Positions 39,701 to 49,778 of a stretch of 64,000 nt of DNA are shown here, piece by piece. Source of the DNA: an uncultured delta proteobacterium (GTDB lineage: Bacteria > Myxococcota_A > Polyangia > Fen-1088). The notes beneath the pieces were generated by a model. The model made no database searches. It was not told where the DNA came from and saw only the letters and a program-made list of their open reading frames with translations. The first letter of the stretch is position 1, and every line of letters begins with the position of its first letter. The stretch lies in assembly GCA_963796685.1 (NCBI GenBank), contig CAWCMR010000025.1:256001-320000 (forward strand), written 5' to 3'. A program made the translations under genes and the position numbers.

Positions 39701-39986
39701 GGTCAATCTTTGCCACGACCTCGCCCGCGCGACCACCATCATGGTGCGCATCCCGCTTCCGCCCGGCGCCGCCCTGGCCGAAAAGGTCGCGGACATGTGG
39801 CAGGTGCAAGGGGCGATCTATGTCCGCACGTCCATCGCTTCCGATTCCCTGCCCAGGGTCATCCCGGTGCCCCTGCGCTTCGCGCTCGCGGGAGTCTTCA
39901 CCCTGCCCGAAGCCACGGCCCGCATCACCGACGACGAAGTCCCCGCGGCTCGCGCGCCGGCGCGCCCCTTGACCATCGTCAAATAG
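36797..39986 (+). pseudogene. Alpha-2-macroglobulin-like (MG2) gene, N-truncated and frame-broken near 38240
   Basis: PELGVLLPGQPQRLF, GQPLTGSVGAVVFD, GDVVEVPIRLRN, GGYGSAEATLQVVRAL and RIPLPPG resemble bacterial A2M segments. There is no signal peptide, an in-frame TGA lies at 36752-36754, and the frame changes at about 38240. Confidence 0.6.
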
Positions 39987-41148
39987 GCGTGGCGTCCTTG
40001 TTGTGCTTGAAGTACTCGGCCGTCAGCCGCTCCATCATCTGCTCGCGCCGATCGTACAGCCGCTTGAGCTTGCGCGGCTGCTTACGCGCAAGCGCGTAGT
40101 GCGCGAGCAAGGGGAGAGCCACCGTGGAGTCGATGTACGCCACCACGGCATCGGGAAGCTGGTTGGGATCGATCTTGCCCCAGCTCACGGCTTCGGACGG
40201 CGTGGCGCCCGACAGCCCGCCCGTGTCGGGACGCGCGTCGGTGAATTGCAGGAAGTAGTCGTGCCCGATCTCCTTGATGCGTAGGACCTCCTGGATTTGC
40301 GGCTCGGTCTGCAGGATGAAGTTCTTGGGAGAACCGCCGCCCATGAGGAGCACGCCGGTCTTCTTCTTGCGCAGCTTCGCGTCGAGTACGATGGCCGTGG
40401 TCTCGTTGACGTCGATGCTCGGATTGATGCGCAGCTTGTTGCCGCGCAACTCGACGCCGGCCACGTTCATGCCGATGGTCGAATCGCCGGGCGATGAGGT
40501 GTAGCAAGGCACGCCCGCGCGGTACGCGGCGGCGAGGACCGACGCATCCTTGATTCCGCATTGCCGCTCGAACTCGGCGCAGTACTTGCCGATGTGGTAG
40601 TGCAGCTCGGCCGTGCCCATCTCTTTCTGGAATTCCTTCTGGATGATGATCTTGCGCAAGATATCGTCCGTCTTCATGAGCACGTCGTTGTAGTCGAGTA
40701 GGATGTCATAGATGCGGACGACGCCGAAGCGGCGCAATTCGACGTCGCGCGAGAAGGGCGAGCCGCGGTAGAGTGGCATGTTCATCGCGTGGTGCATGTC
40801 GTGGTACAGGTTGGCGCCCGTGCCCACGATCCAGTCGACGAACCCCGCCTTGATGAGCGGAATCACCGCAGCAGCGCCGAGCCCCGCCGGGGTCAGCGCA
40901 CCAGCCAAGCTCATGCCGATGGTTACGCTATCGTTGGCTAGCATCTTCTGGGTGAACAGCCGCGCACCTTCCTGCAGGCGGGCGCCGTTGTAGGCCAGAA
41001 ACGCATTGTCGATGAGGTCGGGCAGGCTCTCCTTGCCCGTGATGGGTTTGGGCAGAATGCGCTGACCGCGCAGGTACAGCTTCTTGCCGGCGGAGAACTT
41101 GTGCGGGTATTTGCTGACGAACTTCTTGGGCAACTCGATCTTGGCCAT
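39979..41148 (-). CDS. Deoxyhypusine synthase-like protein (probable homospermidine biosynthesis, SpeY-like)
   Basis: [32 protein letters not shown] (catalytic Lys), [16 protein letters not shown]. Confidence 0.9.
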   Translation of the reverse strand: MAKIELPKKFVSKYPHKFSAGKKLYLRGQRILPKPITGKESLPDLIDNAFLAYNGARLQEGARLFTQKMLANDSVTIGMSLAGALTPAGLGAAAVIPLIKAGFVDWIVGTGANLYHDMHHAMNMPLYRGSPFSRDVELRRFGVVRIYDILLDYNDVLMKTDDILRKIIIQKEFQKEMGTAELHYHIGKYCAEFERQCGIKDASVLAAAYRAGVPCYTSSPGDSTIGMNVAGVELRGNKLRINPSIDVNETTAIVLDAKLRKKKTGVLLMGGGSPKNFILQTEPQIQEVLRIKEIGHDYFLQFTDARPDTGGLSGATPSEAVSWGKIDPNQLPDAVVAYIDSTVALPLLAHYALARKQPRKLKRLYDRREQMMERLTAEYFKHNKDATPI

Positions 41149-41521
41149 TGCGAACGGTTCCTTTCGATATGTGCGCCCCGTGACGCCGCCCACATGGGGC
41201 GACGGTGCACAGACGGCTTTGCAACCGTCTGCCCGTGTGTGACTAGGGATATGCGGCGGACAATCTGGCGAAAAAGGGTCGCCTTTGCAAGCGCGCCGTA
41301 CCACGCCGCTGTCCGCAATTGGAGTCCAGATGCTGCGCAGAGTCGCGTCACCGCGTGGACCCGATGTAGGCCGAAAAACCACTATCCCCACACTCCGAAT
41401 TGCAGAGTACCCACGCAGATCCTCCTTTCTCCTCGTGTGGGATCGCCTACTATTATGGTTCAGGTATTTTCTGCGCCTGTCAGTTTGTATTCAGCGGTAC
41501 CATTGGAGGCAGGGAGACGTC

Positions 41522-42628
41522 ATGAAAAAACTGCTACTGGGAACAATCGTCGCTGGAGTAGCGATTTCTTCGTCGGTCGGGATCTTCTTCGCGGCCTGCG
41601 ATTCGGCCCCGCCGCCTGTCGGGGCCGGGGGTACGAGCGGGGGAGGCGTCGGCGGATCGATTATCAAGCTCGACGGAAGCGTGCCGGGCCAGGCCGGCTC
41701 GGGCGGCAACTCGAGCCCGACAAGCGCTGCGCCGACGGCAGACGCCAACTGTGGCACCCAAACCAGCGGTACCTCTCGCCAACCGGCGGATGTGCTTCTG
41801 GTGCTGGATCGCTCCGGCTCCATGGACTACAGCACGACTACGGACTCGAACTGCCGGAATGGCGCAACCAACTGCACCGCCAGGTGGCCAGCGCTAACCG
41901 ACGCCGTGGATGCCACCTTGACGAGTACGGCGAGCTCCATTAGTTGGGGGCTCAAGCTGTTCTCTTCCACCGGGAACGCATGTGGGGTCAGTAGCGGCGT
42001 CGAGGTGGCCATCTCGGCGACCTCGGTGCCCACCATCCAGACCCAGGTCGCCGCCACGAAACCGGGCGGCAATACCCCTACTGCGCAGGCCATCGACGCG
42101 GCCACGGCCTACCTCAATACCGTCAAGGATCAGAACGCCAAATACATTCTTCTGGCTACCGACGGCGAGCCCAACTGCGCCTCGTCCGGCAATACGGACC
42201 CGAATGTTCAGGCAACGGTTGACGCTATCGCCGCGGCCAAGGCGGCAGGATTCACCGTGTACGTTATCGGAATTGGTCCCAGCGTCGGAAACCTGGACAG
42301 TTTCGCAGCGGCCGGAGGCACCAACAAGTACTTCCCAGCCACCTCTCCGCAGGATCTGGCCAACGCCTTCGCGACCATCAGCCAGGCGGTGACCACGTGC
42401 ACCTTCTCCCTGGACCAAACGCCACCGGATGTGAACAACATCGCGGTCTACCTGGACGGGAAGCTCGTGACGAAGGACGACGCCAACGGCTGGAGCTACG
42501 GTGGCACCTCGCAGACGGTCGTGCTCAACGGCACCACCTGCGCCCAGATCACCTCGGGCGCGGCCACGCAGGTCCAGGTGCTCTTCGGCTGCCTGGGTGG
42601 CCCGCCCCCGCCGCCCATTCTCTTCTAA
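41522..42628 (+). CDS. VWA-domain lipoprotein
   Basis: Lipobox FAAC; MIDAS motif DRSGS, GNTPT, ATDGEPNC, YVIGIG. Confidence 0.88.
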   Translation: MKKLLLGTIVAGVAISSSVGIFFAACDSAPPPVGAGGTSGGGVGGSIIKLDGSVPGQAGSGGNSSPTSAAPTADANCGTQTSGTSRQPADVLLVLDRSGSMDYSTTTDSNCRNGATNCTARWPALTDAVDATLTSTASSISWGLKLFSSTGNACGVSSGVEVAISATSVPTIQTQVAATKPGGNTPTAQAIDAATAYLNTVKDQNAKYILLATDGEPNCASSGNTDPNVQATVDAIAAAKAAGFTVYVIGIGPSVGNLDSFAAAGGTNKYFPATSPQDLANAFATISQAVTTCTFSLDQTPPDVNNIAVYLDGKLVTKDDANGWSYGGTSQTVVLNGTTCAQITSGAATQVQVLFGCLGGPPPPPILF

Positions 42629-43272
42629 TCCGACACCCCGAACTCGGCCAGCTTGTGCCGGAGCGCCTGGGTGCGCTTGGTTTCGGCGTTGAGCAGGTCA
42701 TTGGTGTGGATCAGCCGCCCTTCCAGCTCGTGCATCTCCGAGAGCGTGCGCTGTCCGTGCACCCGGGCAGCGACCTGGCGCAGGAACATGAGCAGCCAGA
42801 CCAGCATCGCCAGCATCATGATGGCGATGCCGGCGATGATGGGAAGGGCGTAGCGAACGGACACCGTGACCCGCTCGGTCTCCTCGCGTAGGCGATCGTT
42901 GGTACGCTGCAGTTGCAGCTCGCGCTCGTGCGCCTCGGTCACTCTGCTCTCGAGCGCCGCGCGTTCCTTCTGCGAGCTCTTGAGACTGGCAATCAGCTCG
43001 TTGTTCTCGGCCGTGCGACGCGGGATCTCCTCTTCCAGCTTGACCCGCTTGTCGATCTCCTTGGCCAGCTCGTCCTCCAGAACCTTGATCTTCTCGGCCG
43101 GGGGAAGAACCCTGGCCACAAGGCCCCCCCCCACCGCCGCCGGCGCGTCGGATTTCTGCGCCCAGGCCCGCGGCCCAGCCAGGATGGCAATGGCCAAGAG
43201 CGCCCACACGCTGGACCGCCAAGGCGTGAATCTCGGCGCGCTGACCGACGAACGTTCGCTATCTTTTTTCAT
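42625..43272 (-). CDS. Hypothetical coiled-coil membrane protein
   Basis: Signal peptide, long heptad-rich region, one TM segment, short C-terminal coil. Confidence 0.7.
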   Translation of the reverse strand: MKKDSERSSVSAPRFTPWRSSVWALLAIAILAGPRAWAQKSDAPAAVGGGLVARVLPPAEKIKVLEDELAKEIDKRVKLEEEIPRRTAENNELIASLKSSQKERAALESRVTEAHERELQLQRTNDRLREETERVTVSVRYALPIIAGIAIMMLAMLVWLLMFLRQVAARVHGQRTLSEMHELEGRLIHTNDLLNAETKRTQALRHKLAEFGVSD

Positions 43273-43302
43273 GGCTGAACCCTTCTGCCGGGGATGCGAA
43301 GA

Positions 43303-45984
43303 TCAGTCGCCGAAGTCGATGCTGCGAACTCCGGCCGAAAGCGTGATCTCCTTGCTGTGAATCTTACCGATCGACGGTACCAGGACACCGATGGTGTGGC
43401 TGCCCGGGTCGACCCGCATCTTCGAATAGGGGCACAGGATCCCCGTCTCCTTGCCATCGACGACCACGGGGAGCTTGCCCTGGGTCGCGCACTCGACGCG
43501 GAATCGCGCTTCGCCGACCATCGGCGGCGCCACCGCCTTCAAGGTCACGTCGACCTTCCCCCCCTCGCGTACCTCGACGGCCGATTGGTTGGTGAGATAG
43601 CCCGCATGGACCAGAACCAGGCGTGCGCTGCCGGGCGTGAGCTTGACCGTACACGGCGTCTTGCCTCGCTCCTCGCCGTCGATCCACACCATGGCTCCGT
43701 CGGGGTGGCTCGCAATGGGCAAGGCGATTGCGGAAGAGCCCCAGGCCTGCTTGCTCGCCGCGACTGCGGGCGCCACGGAAGGCGCGACCTTGGCCGGCGC
43801 CGCAACCTTGTCCGGCGCCGCAACCTTGTCCGGCGCCGCGGCAGTCGGCTTCGCCGGCGAAGCGATGTTCTTCGTTTGCGGGGCTTGCTTCGACATCGCC
43901 CGCGAAGCGCTCTTCTTGCCGACCGGCCCCACGGTCAGCAGCGCGGCCGCGCCAGCCCCGGTGACTCCCGCAGCGATCGCAATGGCGATGGCCACGCGCC
44001 GAAAGCGCGACGGACCGACTGCCCAGCGACCCTCGCCTTGCTCGGCGGAGGCGGCCGTTGCCGACCTGCGAGCGGTCCGCGTTTGGGGCTCGCGAGCCTC
44101 ATCGGCCGGCGGTGTGGGCATCGTGTGCGCCGAGCGTGGCGACGCCCACTCGGCCGCTGCAGCTTCCTCTTCGGCGATGAACGCGGTTGCCATGAGCGAC
44201 GGGCTCTCGCCCACCCCTTCTCCGGAGCTATCGTTGCCTTCGACCGGGCTCGCATCCTCGGACACGTCGAAAGGCATCGGCTCGAACGCATTGGCCATGA
44301 TGGCGCTGGGCTCAGGGCGGTCGTCGAGCAGGTCGTCTTCGAGCGGTTGATGCGCCGCCTGGAACACGAGCGTGCGTTTGGAGAGAGGGGCTTGGTCGGC
44401 GCTCGGCACGTTCTGCGTCGTGCCTGGCTCCATCACCGCCGGAGGCGGGGGTGGTGGCATGAATGCGAAGGCCTCCTCGATCGTAGGATCGCTGACCGGG
44501 GGTGGTGGCACTTCATCGGCCACCTCGATCGCAATGGCCGATTCCGGAGTTGCGACGAGCGGCTGAATCGCCACCCCCGCCTGATCGCCGAGTGCAGCCA
44601 GGGCCTGCGCGCCCCATTCGGCGAGCTCGGGAATGGGCACGGGGTCAATCGCGGTTTCGGCGTCGGGCGAATCCATCCGCACTGGCGGCAAGGGTGCCCC
44701 GTGGCCCTGCTCCGGTTCGAGTAGGATGGGCGACTCGTCGACGGGAGATGGCGCCAGAACGGGCTCGGCCTCCTCGCGCGACGAAGGGTTTGCGTCCGCC
44801 GGCAGATCCGTCTCGACGGGCCCCTCGACGAGATTCGGGATGGAGGCGTCGGTGGGAAGCGCCTGGAAGATGGCACTGGCATAGCTTCCACTCGGCATGG
44901 CCCGGGTGGGCTCGTCGCCTGACGAGAGAAAGCTGCCCGAGGCCGAGGGAGCATGCGATCCCGGCGGTGGAAAGGGTGGGGCAGGCATGCGCGCAGCAGG
45001 CGCGGGCTCTTCGCGATCGAGATCGGCGGGGATCGGAGCAGGCGTGGGCTGTACGGTCGAATCTGCGACGAAACCCGAGAAGTTCCGCACCATCAAGGCC
45101 ATTTCGGAAATCATCGAGGCGTCGGGCACCACCGACCAGAAGTCGCCGAGGATCTTGGCGGCCTCTGCGGCGCTCGGTCGCAAGGACGGATCCTCGGCGA
45201 GAAGTCCGGCGATGAAATCAGCCATGGAAGGCCACAGGGCGTCCAGGATCTTTCTCGCGGCCAAGCTCCCTGCCCCTGCCGGTGGCAGCTCGCCCGTGGC
45301 CAGCTCGAACAGCACGGCACCGAGCGCGCGCAGGTCGCTCTTGGGATTCGCCTCCGCCGAGGAAAGCTCGGGCGCCGCATAGGCCATCGCTCGCGGCGAG
45401 GCCTGCCCATCGGAATTGCGCGTCGACTGGCGCAATCCCACATCCAGCACCTTGACCCCGCCGCGCGCGGTGGCCACGATGTTGCGCGGGCACAGACCGC
45501 CGTGTACCAGCGGCGGCGAGAGCGCGTGCAGCGCGGCCAAGCCGCCCGCGACCTCGGCGCCCACATAGGCCACGATCTTCTGCCATTTGTCGGCGTTGTC
45601 GTCGACCCCCGTGGCCAGCACGCCGGATACATGGGCCCATTCGCGAAAGCGATCGAGATCGAGGCCGTGGACGAACTCGGTCACGGCGATGGCCACACCG
45701 TCGATGACATCGGCATCGAGCACGCGGGCCACGCGTGGATCGTTGACGCCCGCGGTGCGCTTGGCGGTTTTGACGAAAGGATCGGCGAGATTCATCGGGC
45801 CGCCGCGCCCGCGGCGCAAACACTTGACGGCGAAGATGCGATCGAATCCCGCCAGACCGCGCACCCGGGCACGATAGGTCTCGATGCCTCCTTCGACACC
45901 AAGGCACTCCTCGAGCTCGTACCGGCCGAGCTTTCGCGGCTTGGCCTGATCGCGCACGACGCTGAGCCTCGTTGCATTTGCCAT
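43303..45984 (-). CDS. Membrane Ser/Thr pseudokinase with Pro/acidic linker and C-terminal PEGA domains
   Basis: Kinase fold (LGRYEL, FAVK, EFVHGLDL, AYAAPE) but HRD is HGG, DFG is DVG and the Gly loop is degenerate; TM segment; PEGA (SHPDGAMVWIDGEERGKTP). Confidence 0.85.
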   Translation of the reverse strand: MANATRLSVVRDQAKPRKLGRYELEECLGVEGGIETYRARVRGLAGFDRIFAVKCLRRGRGGPMNLADPFVKTAKRTAGVNDPRVARVLDADVIDGVAIAVTEFVHGLDLDRFREWAHVSGVLATGVDDNADKWQKIVAYVGAEVAGGLAALHALSPPLVHGGLCPRNIVATARGGVKVLDVGLRQSTRNSDGQASPRAMAYAAPELSSAEANPKSDLRALGAVLFELATGELPPAGAGSLAARKILDALWPSMADFIAGLLAEDPSLRPSAAEAAKILGDFWSVVPDASMISEMALMVRNFSGFVADSTVQPTPAPIPADLDREEPAPAARMPAPPFPPPGSHAPSASGSFLSSGDEPTRAMPSGSYASAIFQALPTDASIPNLVEGPVETDLPADANPSSREEAEPVLAPSPVDESPILLEPEQGHGAPLPPVRMDSPDAETAIDPVPIPELAEWGAQALAALGDQAGVAIQPLVATPESAIAIEVADEVPPPPVSDPTIEEAFAFMPPPPPPAVMEPGTTQNVPSADQAPLSKRTLVFQAAHQPLEDDLLDDRPEPSAIMANAFEPMPFDVSEDASPVEGNDSSGEGVGESPSLMATAFIAEEEAAAAEWASPRSAHTMPTPPADEAREPQTRTARRSATAASAEQGEGRWAVGPSRFRRVAIAIAIAAGVTGAGAAALLTVGPVGKKSASRAMSKQAPQTKNIASPAKPTAAAPDKVAAPDKVAAPAKVAPSVAPAVAASKQAWGSSAIALPIASHPDGAMVWIDGEERGKTPCTVKLTPGSARLVLVHAGYLTNQSAVEVREGGKVDVTLKAVAPPMVGEARFRVECATQGKLPVVVDGKETGILCPYSKMRVDPGSHTIGVLVPSIGKIHSKEITLSAGVRSIDFGD
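43787..43840 (-). repeat. 18-bp coding tandem repeat x3 (AAPDKV)
   Basis: Three near-identical copies of ACCTTGTCCGGCGCCGCA. Confidence 0.9.
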
Positions 45985-46006
45985 CAGTGCTAGTATCGGC
46001 GGTTCG

Positions 46007-46777
46007 ATGCGACTTTTTGACTGGATGTCATCGCCTTCGGCTATCCTGGGGCAAAGCGTTGGAGATTCAAGACGAGCCGTGTCTTGGATGCGCCAGACCT
46101 TGCGAGGTAATCGTACCGCGCCGCCGGGTTCTTGTGAACAGAGCACAAGCCAGCCGCCCGTGCTCCTCATCCACGGCTACCTTGGTACGCGCGGCTCGCT
46201 CCACTTGCTGGAGAGCCGACTGACCGAGATGGGTCACCTCGTGCTGACCTACCGGCTCGGGCTGCTCCACACCGGCGACATCTGCGAATCGGCGGCCCTC
46301 ATCGCACGCAAGATCGAGTCCATGGCAGCCCAGACGGGACTCGAACGGATGGATATCGTTGGACATTCTATGGGCGGTCTGGTGGGGCTCTACTACCTCA
46401 AGCGGCTGGGGGGACGACGCCGGGTTCGCCGCCTGGTCATGCTTGGAACGCCCACCTCGGGCACCTGGTCGGCGCTGCTCGGCGTGGCGGTGGCGCCATT
46501 CGGGCGCGCTGGCCGCCAGCTCCTACCGGATTCGCCCTTCTTGCGCGACCTCGAACAGGGGGCGCTGCCCGATGGCGTCGAGGTCGTTTCCGTGTCCGGG
46601 GAGCGCGACCGGCTCGCGCCGAGTCCCCGCACGCACCTCGATTGTACTCGCCATATTTCGGTATCCACCAATCACGCCGGGCTGCTGGTCGACGCGGAAG
46701 TTGCCGAGCTGGTGGGCCGGATCCTGGGCGCTCCCGCGACGGCCAACTCGCCAAGACCAGCCACTGCCGCGCACTGA
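46007..46777 (+). CDS. Alpha/beta-hydrolase (lipase/esterase)
   Basis: PVLLIHGY, GHSMGG, LGTP, TNHAGLL. Start uncertain. Confidence 0.88.
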   Translation: MRLFDWMSSPSAILGQSVGDSRRAVSWMRQTLRGNRTAPPGSCEQSTSQPPVLLIHGYLGTRGSLHLLESRLTEMGHLVLTYRLGLLHTGDICESAALIARKIESMAAQTGLERMDIVGHSMGGLVGLYYLKRLGGRRRVRRLVMLGTPTSGTWSALLGVAVAPFGRAGRQLLPDSPFLRDLEQGALPDGVEVVSVSGERDRLAPSPRTHLDCTRHISVSTNHAGLLVDAEVAELVGRILGAPATANSPRPATAAH

Positions 46778-46882
46778 CGTTGACGGGTAGCGGCTAAGTG
46801 ATTAGAATCACGACGTTTGGATTCTCTGAGGCCCCCTAACTTTGCAGCCGAGGACATAAGCCCCACCGGGGTCGAACGAACC

Positions 46883-47803
46883 ATGTGGACCCTGAAGTTC
46901 ATCTCGGGCAAGTACCAGGGAGGCGAATTCCCGCTCAGGCCTAACCGTGAGATCATCATCGGCCGTTCGTCCGACCTCGACATGGTGTTGGTCGAAGACA
47001 TGGTGTCGCGCAAGCACGCGAAGATCACCACCGACGACCATTCGGTCTCGATCCAGGACCTCGGCTCGACCAACGGGACGTTCGTCAACGGCGAAAAAGT
47101 TCGCGCCATCCGCCTCAAAGAGGGCGACCGCATCCTGGTCGGGACCTCGATCATCAAGCTGGTCACGGCCAACAACGAGGCGCCGGTGCCGTCGTCGTCC
47201 CTGACCGAAAACGAGGCGCGGTCGCGCATGCAGGTCACGGCCAACCGACGGGCCGAACCCAAGATGATGCAAGGGAACATCGAGGAGATCCCCCTGCCCG
47301 ATCTCCTGCAATTGCTCTCGACCAGCCGCAAATCAGGCGTGTTGGTGTTGCGCTCCGAATGGGGAACGGGCCGGCTTTACCTGCGCAAGGGACAGATCTA
47401 CTTCGCCAACGTCGACGAGAGCTTCGACGTCAGCCCGCGCAAGGCCATGTTCCGCATGCTCACCTGGGACAAGGGGCTCTTCGAGCTGGAGCCGCCCGAC
47501 GATCGCACGGTGATGGAGGAGATCCAGGACAGTACCGAGGGGCTTCTCATGGAGGGCATGCGCCAGCTCGACGAATTCCGAGAGCTGTCGGCCAAGCTGC
47601 CCCCGTTCGAGGCCATCGTCTCCATCCCGCGCCCGCTCGAACCGCGCTTGCGCGAGCTCAAGCCGCAAGAGCTGGATCTGATGCAGACCGCGCTCGACGA
47701 GGCCACGGTCCAACAGATCATCGACCAAAGTCCGCAGACCGATCTCGATACCGCCCAAGCGCTGCTGTCGCTGCTCGAGCGCGGCTATTTGATTGTGGGG
47801 TAG
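46883..47803 (+). CDS. FHA + DUF4388 (PATAN-like) domain protein
   Basis: FHA: IGRS, VSRKHA, DLGSTNGTFVNG. DUF4388: MQGNIEEIPLPDLLQLL...KSGVL...LLMEGMRQLDE. Confidence 0.92.
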   Translation: MWTLKFISGKYQGGEFPLRPNREIIIGRSSDLDMVLVEDMVSRKHAKITTDDHSVSIQDLGSTNGTFVNGEKVRAIRLKEGDRILVGTSIIKLVTANNEAPVPSSSLTENEARSRMQVTANRRAEPKMMQGNIEEIPLPDLLQLLSTSRKSGVLVLRSEWGTGRLYLRKGQIYFANVDESFDVSPRKAMFRMLTWDKGLFELEPPDDRTVMEEIQDSTEGLLMEGMRQLDEFRELSAKLPPFEAIVSIPRPLEPRLRELKPQELDLMQTALDEATVQQIIDQSPQTDLDTAQALLSLLERGYLIVG

Positions 47804-47817
47804 CGCCGAAGGCGCGA

Positions 47818-48669
47818 CTACAGCCGAAGGGTCAGACCCTCGGCGGCGCCGAGGATTTCCACGGACTGGGCGCCACGCGCATCGAGCTGACGGCGCCCAC
47901 GGGACACGAGCTCGTCCACGTCGCGATCGCTGTAGTCCTGATCGTAATGAAAGAGGGCCAGCCTCTTGGCCTGCGCGCGCACGGCTGCGTCCACCGCGTC
48001 GTCCACGGAAGAAAGGCCACGCGCCACGCGCGCGACGCGATCCTCGGGCGTGAAGGTGCAGTCGTGAATGAGCAGATCCGCCCCGCGGTAGATCGCCAGG
48101 GTCTCGTCCGGCGGACCGCTCTTTTCGTAGCCCACGTCGCTGGCGTAGACCAGGGTCTTGCCGTCGGCCTCGATACGAAAAGCCATGACCTGCGTCGGCC
48201 CGTGCGGGTTGGGGTGCGCGGTGACCCTGGCTGCGCCCACGCGAACGTCGCGATCCTCCGGAATGGCACGCATCTCGATGTGCGCGCCCATGTTGCGGTA
48301 GCTTTGCACCGGGAAGAACTGGGCCGCCATCTGGCGTTCGAGCACCCGCTCGAGCAGCTCGGAGCTGTGGCTGCCCCCCACGACCGTGAAGCGGTTTCCC
48401 GGCACATAGAACGGTCCGAAGAACGGGAAACCCTGGATGTGATCCCAATGGGCGTGCGACAGCAGGACCGTGGCGCTGCCTTTGCCCTTGCCGAAGGTAC
48501 CCCCGAGAAGGGAGATTCCGAAATTGCGCGCGCCCGTTCCGCAGTCGATCATGATGATCTCGCCGTCGGCGAGGCGAACCGACACGCACGAGGTATTGCC
48601 GCCGTAGCGCACGGTGGCCGGGCCGGGCGATGGAATGGATCCGCGCACGCCCCAGAAGGTAACTTCCAT
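47818..48669 (-). CDS. MBL-fold metallo-hydrolase
   Basis: FWGVRGSIP, YGGNTSC, DCGTG, SHAHWDHIQG, LFHYD. Confidence 0.92.
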   Translation of the reverse strand: MEVTFWGVRGSIPSPGPATVRYGGNTSCVSVRLADGEIIMIDCGTGARNFGISLLGGTFGKGKGSATVLLSHAHWDHIQGFPFFGPFYVPGNRFTVVGGSHSSELLERVLERQMAAQFFPVQSYRNMGAHIEMRAIPEDRDVRVGAARVTAHPNPHGPTQVMAFRIEADGKTLVYASDVGYEKSGPPDETLAIYRGADLLIHDCTFTPEDRVARVARGLSSVDDAVDAAVRAQAKRLALFHYDQDYSDRDVDELVSRGRRQLDARGAQSVEILGAAEGLTLRL

Positions 48670-49601
48670 CAGGCCTTCCCCAGCAAGAGATCGAGCCCCT
48701 CGAAGGCGGCGACAATCTGCAGGTTCGCGGTTTCGCCCTTGGCCTCGGCGCGAGCGACTTCGAGCATGCCGTCCACCTCGGCGTCCGAACGGTCGGGGGC
48801 GTGGTGAAAGAGCGCCAAGGTCTTCACCCCCGCTTGGTGGCACACGCTGATGGCGTCCGATGGCCGCGAGTGCCCAAAGTGGGGGTACTGGCGGTATTCG
48901 GCGGCGGTGTACATGGTGTCGTAGATGACCAGGTCGGCGCCTTCGCACAGACGAACCACCGCGGAGGCCATGGCCTTGAGTTTGGCCTTGTCGGTTCGGC
49001 TCAGCGGGGCGTGCTGCGAGGGGGGGCCCGAGAGAAATTCCTGCCCGAACAGGATATCGGAAAATGGCGCCGTGTCGGCAATGTACGCCACGCGTGCGCC
49101 ATCGGCCGCGATGGCGTAGGCGGTGGCCACGTGGGGATGGTTGAGGCGTGTGGTGGACACCTGCATGTCCTCGATCTCGAACTTGGCCCCGTCGTGCAAC
49201 TCACGAAAGGCCACGCTGGCGCGCGTGCTGTCGAACGAAACCGGAAAGAAGGGCGCATCCGCCTGCGATGCAAACACGCTGCGCAGGTTCTGATCGTCGC
49301 GTTGCCGGGCATACACGAACAGACGGTTGCCCCCACGGTAGAACGGCGAAAAAAACGGCAGCCCTTGGATGTGATCCCAGTGGGTGTGACTGATGAGGAT
49401 GTGCGCCTTGCCCTTACCTGATTCGAACTCGGCGCGCATCAGATCCTTGCCCAGGCGCCGAATTCCAGTGCCACCGTCGATGATGACGCGCGTGCCGGAG
49501 GCGGAGGTGACTTCCACGCACGAGGTATTTCCTCCGTAGCGCTCCGTGCGTGCGCCAGGAACGGGAAGCGAGCCGCGAACACCCCAGAAGCGAACTCTCA
49601 T
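48669..49601 (-). CDS. MBL-fold metallo-hydrolase (tandem paralog)
   Basis: FWGVRGSLP, YGGNTSC, SHTHWDHIQGLPFF, GHS, LFHHAP; TGATG stop/start overlap with the next gene. Confidence 0.92.
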   Translation of the reverse strand: MRVRFWGVRGSLPVPGARTERYGGNTSCVEVTSASGTRVIIDGGTGIRRLGKDLMRAEFESGKGKAHILISHTHWDHIQGLPFFSPFYRGGNRLFVYARQRDDQNLRSVFASQADAPFFPVSFDSTRASVAFRELHDGAKFEIEDMQVSTTRLNHPHVATAYAIAADGARVAYIADTAPFSDILFGQEFLSGPPSQHAPLSRTDKAKLKAMASAVVRLCEGADLVIYDTMYTAAEYRQYPHFGHSRPSDAISVCHQAGVKTLALFHHAPDRSDAEVDGMLEVARAEAKGETANLQIVAAFEGLDLLLGKA

Positions 49602-49778
49602 GGGTATCGCGTGACGCGAACGGTCTTTGCCCGGCGGCGCTTCCCGCGGGAAGCGAAAGAACCCTCCCAGGGGTCCTTGGCACGGGTCGCACGTGTCCTC
49701 CGTCGTGCATGGGTCGTATGACTGTATCACAGCGCCGACGGATGCGCGCGCGGCGTTGTGAATCTTGCGTGGGGAAGA

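Noticed and set aside
41195-41245. Cyclic-di-GMP-I riboswitch upstream of the DHS-like gene
   Set aside because: It has a partial look-alike (GGGCAGAC...GCAAAGCC), but the P2/P3 arrangement and tetraloop receptor are not recognisable.
41522-42628. Gliding-motility adhesin cglB
   Set aside because: It is a similar VWA lipoprotein type, but myxobacteria have many such paralogs and orthology cannot be shown from the sequence alone.
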